From Candidatus Poseidoniaceae archaeon (GTDB lineage: Archaea > Thermoplasmatota > Poseidoniia > Poseidoniales > Poseidoniaceae), in NCBI GenBank assembly GCA_943788295.1, contig CALSPS010000003.1, forward strand, positions 117,287 through 181,286: a stretch of 64,000 bases of DNA, written 5' to 3'. The notes beneath the pieces are model-generated. The model worked only from the letters and a program-made list of their open reading frames with translations. It had not been told where the DNA came from and ran no database searches. Within the stretch, counting starts at the first letter, position 1; the number at the start of each line of letters is the position of its first letter. The translations under genes and the position numbers were made by a program. Shown here piece by piece: positions 19,095 through 28,100 of this stretch.

Positions 19095-21335
19095 TCAAGC
19101 ATCCGCTTCCATCCTGAGGAAATTGGCAAGCAAGGTGATGCCTTCTGGTGAGCCAACCGACTCGGGGTGGAATTGAACACCAACCACGGAGTGCTCTGAA
19201 TGCGCAATGGCCATGATTTCACCCGTACCTTCGAGATGGGCCGTTTCTAGCAACTCATCGCCTGCCCCAGACGCTACAATCAGTGAGTTGTACAACGTAA
19301 ATGGATGGGGGGAATTGAGGCCTTCAAACAGCCCATTGCCAGTATGAATAATGTTTCTTGGAGAGCCATGGACTGGACCCGATGGTGTTTGGTTTAGGTT
19401 CATCCCTGCTGCTAGACCGATGGCTTGATGCCCAAGGCAGATGCCCAAAACAGGGATTGAAATTTCACCTCGAATGGCTTGCTTTGCAATGTCCATGGTC
19501 AAGGCTGAATCGCTTGGTTTGCCAGGCCCGGGGCCTAAGATTACATGCGATGGATTGAGCCGTTGAAGTATGTGATCAACCTCACCATTGACCGCCTCAA
19601 CGGGTCGGTCACTGGTTCTGGAACGATGAATGACGACGTTGTGTCCTCGTCCGGCCACTGCATGTGCAATGTTTTGGGTGAAGGAATCGAGATTGTCAAT
19701 CAGCAACACACATTTCTCAATCTGGAGGTCAACAGTGTCGATCATCACCGTTCCTTGAGGTGCGATTGAGGGAGGTGCTTCTTCTGGAATGAGATGGTGA
19801 ATGGCCAACTGACCTTGTGGTAATGACGCACGCTCATCTAAATTCCAACCGCACGCTTTGCGCAAGGCTGCAGCCTTCCACTTGGCTTCCTTAATTTCTT
19901 CTTCAGCAACCGAACCAATTGTGATGCCACCTCCAGCTGCGATGGCACCATGCCACTGTTTGCGAGCTCTTGTTGCGATGAGGGTCCGAATGAGGATGTT
20001 CCATGTTCCTGCTCCGCTAAAGGGATCAAACCAACCAATTGATCCGGTCCAAAAAGAGCGAGGTGTCTGTTCAAGCTCATCAATGGTGGCGCACACAACG
20101 GTTCTCGGACATCCGGTGATGCTTCCGCCGGGGAAGATTGCTTCAAGCGCATCAAAAGGTGTGTTTTCGGGGCCTAAATCCCCTGTGACTTGAGACACGA
20201 GGTGCTGCACATTGGCATAAGCCTCGACGTCAAATCGCTCAACTTCGACGCTCCCAACAGCACACACCGAACCCAAATCGTTTCGCATCAAATCCACAAG
20301 CATCCTGTGTTCAGCACGCTCTTTTTCGTCATTGATCATTTCCTCGCGAAGCCGGAGTTCCTCTTGTGGCGTCTCACCTCGTGGACGGGTGCCTTTGATT
20401 GGTGTTGTGCGCAGTTGAACTCCATCGCATTGAAGCAAAGATTCTGGTGACGAACTCACCAAGGCAAGGCCAAGGTCTTCAGAATGCATGTACGCAGAAA
20501 ACGGCGCTGGATTTGTGGCACAAAGCCGTTGGAAAATGACCCTTGGATGCTCGTTCAATTGCCCCCGCCACCAGCGCCCAAGGTTGACCTGATACATTTG
20601 ACCTGCAGCGATGCTTCCACGGATGGTCTCAATTCCGGTTTTGTGTTCTTCGTCCGTCATGTTGGATGATTCAGGATGAGGGTTTGGTGCGTGAACGGCG
20701 ATGCTCTTTTCTTGCGCTTGGCTAAGTTCAGAGCCCACCCGCTGCGACCAGTCATCGCCCTTGATTGAAAAGGCGTGAAGTTCCCCAGTTGATTTGTCTT
20801 CAGCGAGGTACCGTTCAACAAAGAACAGGACGCACAAAATCGTGCCCTCCTCAGGGGGGTGTTGAAGCGTCAAAGGCTGTGTCCATTGAACCAAATCATA
20901 CGCAAGGCAACCAGACCAGAATGGACGCTTGGGCAATTCAGGCAGCGGGGTGCCTTCAAACTCGGTTTGGGTTGAGAAGGCCTGGAGTTTTTCCAACACG
21001 CCCGCAAGCGTTTCGTCAAAAATGGTGGTGGCATGGTACCAACATCCATGTTTCCACTCTTCAATATGGCCAACCAACTGCGAGGTTTGTGAGGTGAGGC
21101 GAACATCTCCTTTACTTGGAGAATGAGGTTCAGACGGTTGGATTTTTGGTTGACGGACCACCAATCTTCGACGTGAAGGGCCACAAAGCATCGAGGCTTT
21201 TGCGAGGTGAGATGCTGGTCCCCCAGAAACCAGCAGCAACTCATCAGGGCCTCCGAATTTGAACGCATTTGGGCCGATGAGACCCACCTCGTTCAGATGA
21301 TGCAACAGGGGTACCAAGCGTTCTTCGATGGTCAC
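19095..21335 (-). CDS. pabB: Fused aminodeoxychorismate synthase (PabB component I + C-terminal PabA glutamine amidotransferase)
   Basis: NPAPFSAY, SSSPE, PIKGT (PabB-type Lys), KERAEHRMLVDLMRNDLG, FPGGSITGCP; GATase IDNLDSFT, GPGPGKP, GICLGHQ, QFHPES; GTG start overlaps pabC stop. Confidence 0.85.
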   Translation of the reverse strand: MTIEERLVPLLHHLNEVGLIGPNAFKFGGPDELLLVSGGPASHLAKASMLCGPSRRRLVVRQPKIQPSEPHSPSKGDVRLTSQTSQLVGHIEEWKHGCWYHATTIFDETLAGVLEKLQAFSTQTEFEGTPLPELPKRPFWSGCLAYDLVQWTQPLTLQHPPEEGTILCVLFFVERYLAEDKSTGELHAFSIKGDDWSQRVGSELSQAQEKSIAVHAPNPHPESSNMTDEEHKTGIETIRGSIAAGQMYQVNLGRWWRGQLNEHPRVIFQRLCATNPAPFSAYMHSEDLGLALVSSSPESLLQCDGVQLRTTPIKGTRPRGETPQEELRLREEMINDEKERAEHRMLVDLMRNDLGSVCAVGSVEVERFDVEAYANVQHLVSQVTGDLGPENTPFDALEAIFPGGSITGCPRTVVCATIDELEQTPRSFWTGSIGWFDPFSGAGTWNILIRTLIATRARKQWHGAIAAGGGITIGSVAEEEIKEAKWKAAALRKACGWNLDERASLPQGQLAIHHLIPEEAPPSIAPQGTVMIDTVDLQIEKCVLLIDNLDSFTQNIAHAVAGRGHNVVIHRSRTSDRPVEAVNGEVDHILQRLNPSHVILGPGPGKPSDSALTMDIAKQAIRGEISIPVLGICLGHQAIGLAAGMNLNQTPSGPVHGSPRNIIHTGNGLFEGLNSPHPFTLYNSLIVASGAGDELLETAHLEGTGEIMAIAHSEHSVVGVQFHPESVGSPEGITLLANFLRMEADA

Positions 21336-22099
21336 GCCCCCACATGAGTCCAAGCGTTCACATTTTGATAATGTTGGGTCAACATTGCTTGGCACTTCTG
21401 TGTGAACTCCTGTCCATTTCCGATCGCTTCTCCATCAATCGACGCAATTCGTGAAGCGCCAACTCCACTGCCGATGGCCACCATTTCCAATGCCCGCGCC
21501 ACCATTCGTTCATTCAAGCGGCCATGGTGAACGGGAACTCCTGATGCTTCCAACAGCGGCGTGAGGATGTCTGCAGTGACGCTCTGCACTCCACCTTCCT
21601 CTTCAGAGGCAAGCCATGCTGTGCCGTCCTCGTCAATCACGAGGGGGGTTGCACGGTCCCCGTCAATGATGGCAAATTCGTGGACCAGTAAGGCAAGATC
21701 GGACCCCTTCGCATCTGCATGTTTTGTTGCCTCAACATACGGTTCCCAGTCGCCGTGTTTCGTTCCGTTGATCTTCGGAGACCACCGGGGCGCAGGGACT
21801 GTGACTGCCTCAAATTCATCGTTTCTAAGAAAAAACTGACGGGGTTGAACTGTGATTTGGCCCTCCCTCGAGAGTTCGAGTCGGATCAGGCCGTATGGAT
21901 GAAACTGCGGGGGGGAAGTGCTAGGTTCTGCTATGCTCCATGCTGCATCAAGCATGGACAGAATGTGTTCAGGCCAAGCAATTCGTAGCCGCTTAGCATG
22001 CTTTTCCATCCGCTCAAGGTGGAGTTGAAGGTCAGCAAGATGGCTACCCCCATCCCACACAAGCGTGGTGAACACCTTGTCTCGCGGGTTGGTAGGCAC
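21332..22099 (-). CDS. pabC: Class IV aminotransferase / 4-amino-4-deoxychorismate lyase
   Basis: VFTTL, LHLERM, TKHGDW (PLP Lys), GVQSVT; translationally coupled to pabB-pabA. Confidence 0.7.
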   Translation of the reverse strand: MPTNPRDKVFTTLVWDGGSHLADLQLHLERMEKHAKRLRIAWPEHILSMLDAAWSIAEPSTSPPQFHPYGLIRLELSREGQITVQPRQFFLRNDEFEAVTVPAPRWSPKINGTKHGDWEPYVEATKHADAKGSDLALLVHEFAIIDGDRATPLVIDEDGTAWLASEEEGGVQSVTADILTPLLEASGVPVHHGRLNERMVARALEMVAIGSGVGASRIASIDGEAIGNGQEFTQKCQAMLTQHYQNVNAWTHVGA

Positions 22100-22119
22100 C
22101 GAGTCAGTCCCCCTTCATC

Positions 22120-25100
22120 TCAAAGTAAATCATCTAAGAAAGAGGTGTCAATTCCCTTGCTTGGTTGCTTTGGAGCAGGGCCAGCACCTAACTCGTTCAA
22201 CAACTCATTGTTCTGTACGGGCTGCATAACCGGTTGTGCTGGTTGGTAAGCAGGGCGCCCATAGATGTCTTGCTGAGTCTGTTGAGGCGCGTACATGTCT
22301 GCCGCTGGCGCTGCAGCAGGTGCCATTGGCGGTGCTGCAGCCGGTGGAGTGGCAGGCGATGCATCACCCCATCCTTGGTCGTCTTGAATGCCCCAAGTCG
22401 CTTCCTGAAGTTCCCACGACTTCGATCGGCTGCGCTGGTTTCCACGTGTGCGGACCACTGCAATGAAGAGGATAATCGCCGCGAAGAACAACCCTGCTGC
22501 AAGGAGGTTTGGTGTTGTCAACAAGGACGAGAAATCGGCTCCATCGTTGCCATCTCCCGGAAGGGTGCTGTCGTCCCCTTCACCTTTGACAGGGTCAATC
22601 TTTTGGGGATTGATGGCCTGCTTTTCGAACAGATTGTCTTGCACTGTGACGCCGACATACCATGCACTTGCGTTGGTCAAATCTTCGAAGATCTCAGCGG
22701 TGATTAAGAACGAATTGGAAGCCTTCACATCCGCCAACCACGTCGCTTCAAGGGTCGTGTCATACTCATCTTCTGCAATGTAGATGACGTAATTTTCAAT
22801 GCTGTCGTCAGAGGACAATGTCCAGGTCACCAGAATGTTGGATTCATCAACCCATGAAAGGGTAACGCCCGAAACATCCGGGAGATAGTCGCCCCGCTCA
22901 TCGACTCCATCGTCAACCGATTGAGATGAAACCACCACGAGGTCGCTTGTGAGAGCGTTACCGGAGGTGTCACGAACGACAACAACCGCCCAAATTTCCT
23001 GCCCAGGAATCACTGGTGTATCTCCTGCAACCAAGTCAATGGTCAGCGGGAGGTCAGGGGAACGGGCGAGGATTGCAATCGGTGCGCTCGGGCCTAATGT
23101 CCCAGTTCCTACGCTTGTGAAGGACCATGTTGCGGCATAGACTTCGTACGAGCCGACATCGCTCGCATCACTCAATTCGAAGTCAAGCAACAGAGCGCTG
23201 CCGTCGTCAGACGGCCGGTCAACAAGTTCGAGTGACTCCAGTCTTGCAGGTGCCTCAGTGTCTTGTTCATTGTCAATTGGGGTGACCGTTGCTTCCACGA
23301 GGTCAGTCAGGTGGACATTTCCAGAAAGGTCATGCACTGTAACGACCACAAACAATTCGATTCCAGGTTGAATCAATTGTGGTGTTGCTGATGTTAAATC
23401 CATCATGTTGGTTGTACCGCTGTACAGAGCTGAGGTGAGGGTGATTTCAATTGGATTGAAGTCCTCATCGACCCATTGCTTGTTGATTTTCAAGCAGCCA
23501 CAACGTTCAGGATCTTGGCCAAAGGCAGCCCATGCTGTTGTAAGGTCTGCGATTGGTTGGTCGGCCGCCCAAACCGTGTAGTGCGAGAAATCATCAGCGT
23601 CTGAGATGGACCAAAGCACGTCGATAGCAGTACCGTCATCATCTGGATGGTCGAAGGCTTGGACGGTGGAAACACGATCGGGAGTTGTTCCGGTTCCAGC
23701 TGTGTTTCGTAGAGGCGTCACCTGTACGAGGGTGACGTCAACAAGGTTGGCGTTGAGCCAGTCATCGTACGCTACGACGCCCACATAGTAGGATTGACCG
23801 TCTTGGAGTGCGACGCCATCAATGCTTGTGACGATGGCTGACTCCTCTGAGCAATCGTTGATGATCTTCGCTTGAGTGAAGCCGTAATCAGTAATCATTT
23901 GCATCGAACTTTGATCAATCGGAGTTTCTGCTTCGTCCCATGTTCGCATGAAGATGGTGTAGAACGTACAGTCCTCGGCAGGGTTCGCATCCCATGAAAC
24001 GGTGATTCGTCCACCCTCGTCATCCGGGGTGTCAATGGCGGCTACATTCTCCATCTTCGGCGGAGGCGTGTTGTCATTGAGTCCACCGGTTGGGACAAAC
24101 GGTCCAACGATGAGGGCGTTCATCAAATCCTCTTGACCCGCCTCGTCGACGCAAGTCAATCCAAGCCAATATGGCTGGCCGGGCGAGAGGGACAATACGG
24201 TGGAATTTCCTTCCATTCTCATGACTCCAGCCTCGGGTGTTAAGCCCAGGACATCAGTCATTGGTTGAGTGGATGCATAGATGTTAGTTTGCAGAAGGTC
24301 AAGGCTTGTGCATCGCGACCATTCGACATCAAGATCGCCGTCCTCTCCGCCCTCATGGGGCCCCGCAGTAGCCCAAATGGGCGGAAGCGGAACTTCATCA
24401 CTTGGTGAGGCTGGTCCGATCACTGGCGATGGAACACCTAAGCGCCCATCGTCGTATTCGACAACGACAACAGCATAGTAATCTGTACCATCAACCAAGT
24501 CGATTCCGTTTGCCGTTGTGACTTCGCTCGAAAGTCGACTGTGAAGTGATATCGCTTTGTCCACGGTTCGCGTGCTGAGGTAGTCAACCGTGATGCCGCT
24601 TGGGTCCCAAACTGCACCTTCATTCACATACACAAGGTAGCGTGCAAAATCATCGTCGTGAACAAGGCTCCATTCCGCAATCAAGGCTCCGCCACCATCG
24701 TCTGGGCGATCGATGAGTTCAGACAGTGCGATCGGCGTTTCAGTCTTGACATAGTCGTAAATGAGGCGCACATGCATGGACCCATTGGCTGGTGAACGCA
24801 AAGTGAGTTGTACGAATTGAGTTCCGTTGACAATGATACCATTGTCGACGGCAAGTTGCATCGTGGTTTCGAAGCCTGGGTTGTTGTTGAGTTCGATTGT
24901 AGCGTTGTACTTCAGACTCACTGATTTGGCCCATGTTGCTGCATAATTGACGGGTGAAGTAAAGGCCAACGGCACTGTTTGGAACAAGATGCCGTTGGTG
25001 CCTTCGACACCGAACGACGGGTCGAGGGTAACCGGGTTGTCGAGATCGGCTAACTGAATGGCCATGCCGGGATGAGTCATGTCGCTGATGTCCAAGGATT

Positions 25101-28100
25101 GTAGATTGAAGCCGACGTTCAACGGGTTTGCTTTCCGGAGTGTGAATCGGTCCATCTCAGTGTATTGTGCGTTGTTTTCAAAGCCGAACAAGCCAATTTC
25201 TCCTGTTGTCAACCACACTGCGTCTGAGGTGATTGTTCCACCAGTCAAATCAGTTTCTTGGAAGACCTTGAGCGTTGCATGAGTGGGCGTTCTGGCACTC
25301 AGAATCGATGCTCCATTTTCGCCGATGGCCAAGACATGATCTCCATCGCTGATCATCTTCTGAATTGGCCAGCCTGCTACTTGGAAGGACGGTACGCCGT
25401 CTTCGAGTTGGTTGCTCTGGCCGTTGTAATGGGTCATTGGTCCCACATCAGTTGCGATGTGGAGGCCCCACCAATCAGATGCAAGGGCGCCGATTGTGTT
25501 GGATGGCAACTGATCGAATTTGTGCCACTGGATTGCGCCGCTCGTGTCCTCGACCGAGGTCACTCCTGGGCGTTCAGCCCCTGCGCCATCATGGCCGATG
25601 AAGAGGGTGGTTACCGTGGTCGTTGTTCCAGTGTCATCGGTGGTGGTCTGTGTTGCGGTGGTCAGGGATTGGGCTGAGGTTGCCATCAAACCTGTTCCAC
25701 TCGAATAGAGCGTTGTGGCGTTTGTGAGGGTGTCCATTTTGACAACCCCTGCTGCGGTTGCCATCCACACGTCAGTGCCAATGACTTGGATGTCTTCGAC
25801 AACATTTGTCGGGAGGCCATCGCTTGTTGTGAGCGGGTTCATCCAATCGCTAGCAGCGTAATCCCATCGGCCAACGCCTCCATTGGTTGCGATGTAGAGG
25901 GTCGAACTTGTTTCTGCGAAAGCGTTGATGACGTTTGAAGGGAGTCCTCCGAGTAATTTGCCATTGCCGAAACCTGTTGCAAGGTCGTAGAGTTGGACAC
26001 CTGCGGCCGATCCCGAGCTTCCTTGCAGTCCAATGACAAGGGTGTTTCCATTGACGAATAATCCATCCATATTTGAGTGGAGGCCACCGTTGAGTCGCAT
26101 CACCATTCCGTTGAGTGTGTCAAGTTTGTACAGTCCTGTTGGTGTTGTTGTGATGTACAAATCTGTACCGATCAGTTCCATGTCTTTTGCAACACTGTTT
26201 GCGGTCATTGTCCAGCCATCTTGCCAGTCGATTGTTCCGTCTGCCAGTCGCTCGCCTTGAAGAAGACCAGCACCAGAGGATGCGCCATTTTGGCCGAAGC
26301 CTTGGCTTGCCCCTTCAGTCGCGACCCAAATGTGGGTGGAATTGCCTGCCATTGAAGTGACTTGGCCGCTGACAAGCCCAGGGAAGTCAAGCAAGGTGTT
26401 TTGCCCGAGTGAACTGATGGTGTCCACATGGCTGTATCCTGACGAGCCACCCGCTTGACCAACAAGCCACTCATTGGTGAGCCACTGGAATGAAGTCACA
26501 GATGATCCTTGCCCGTTGAAATTCACCTGAGCAGTAGAAGATCCAGATGTGGCCACAGCGCTGTAGCCTCCACCGATGATGTTGTCGCCACTGGTGCCGA
26601 TGCCATGGCCAAGCACGAGCATGCCGTTGGCGTAGTCGATAGCGTCCCACCAGACCCTGTCGCTTGGAAGGTTGTGGTTGACCGTTGTGATTGGGCTCAC
26701 CCATGCATTGCTGGGGTAACTGTACTTCTTGACATCTGCTTCATCTTCATAGAATGAGACGTAAAGGGTGTCAGTGCTATCGCAAGCAACGCCAGAAACT
26801 TCTCCGTAGTTCTCGTTCCAGTCGCTTGTCGTAAAGGTGCCTAAGAAGGAATCATTTGCCATGTCAAATCGGGCCACACCGCCGTTATTGGCATAGATGC
26901 CAATGTGAAGCAAACCTGCACATTCTGTCATGGTGATTGGATAGCCGTTCGGGATGCCGTTTTGGCCAGTGGAGTAATCGTTCCATGTGGTTCCATCCCA
27001 GTGAGAAATGGCGCCGTTCCTGAATTGTCCAAACCCACTGACTTCGCCGCCACCAATGACCAAGTTTGTACCATCGGTCCAGAGTTCATAGATCTGTTCA
27101 CCTGCGTTGTTTGGAAGGCCGGAACCCTCCTCCCATGTCGTGAGCCATTGGTTTGATGATTCGTTGAACCTCGCAACCCCTTCTTCGGTTGCAAACAAAA
27201 CCTCGCCATCATATTCGATAATTTCTCGGATTGGGAACTCGAAGTCATCGTCGTCCCATTCGCCGAGCAGTGTCCCATTAGCGTCCATGTATTGAAGGGA
27301 GTTTTCGCCCCATGAAACCCACATGTTGCCAGTTGAGGATTGGTATGCGGTTACACGATCCACTTGCCCGATTGGCAGAATGTTTTCACCCCAAGAACCG
27401 TTGCTTGTGTTGAATTGTGCGATGCCACCAGAGCCATCAACCTGCCACCAGTTTTGAGAGGCTACGCTGATCATGATGATGTCGCCAATGAGACCCATTC
27501 CATTGACATCGCCGTTGTTCTGACCAATTTGTGCGCCTGCATCAAGAGCAGAAAGGGCTGTGAAATTTTGGGCGTCGAAGCGATACAGATTGTCGCTGCT
27601 GGCTCCGTCGTGGTAATACATGATGTTCCCTTTGAGGATCATATCAAGAGGGTCGCCGTTTCCAGCAAACAAGCTGCTTGATTTTTCGATGTCGTACACT
27701 TCGGCCCCTGTCGTAGCATTGAGCAATTGGAATCCGTCGGCGCCTCCAATCCAGATGTAATTTGGATTGATGTCAACGGAAAGTGCAGTTGCATCTTCAT
27801 TGCCGTTGTCAAGGAAATTGTCATCGGTCCACAGCGTAAGCCATTCATCGTTGGGGATGTCATACCGTGCGATGCCGATGCCGTCAAGGGCGATAAACGC
27901 AACATCGCCGACCACGACAACGGGTGCATTGTTTGTTTGCTCACCAGCGGTCCATTCACCGACCACGTCGAACGGTGAAATTGTAATGATTCCAACGCCA
28001 GAATTGGTTCCTCCGAACAGGTAGGTGTTCGAAATGCCCACTCCGATGGAGTATGTTGCCCAGTTTGGCATGCCGTCGTAGACATTCAAACATTCTTCAA

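Noticed and set aside
19095-21335. Anthranilate synthase TrpEG
   Set aside because: PIKGT/PFSA signatures and coupling to a PabC-like gene favour ADC synthase; no other trp genes nearby
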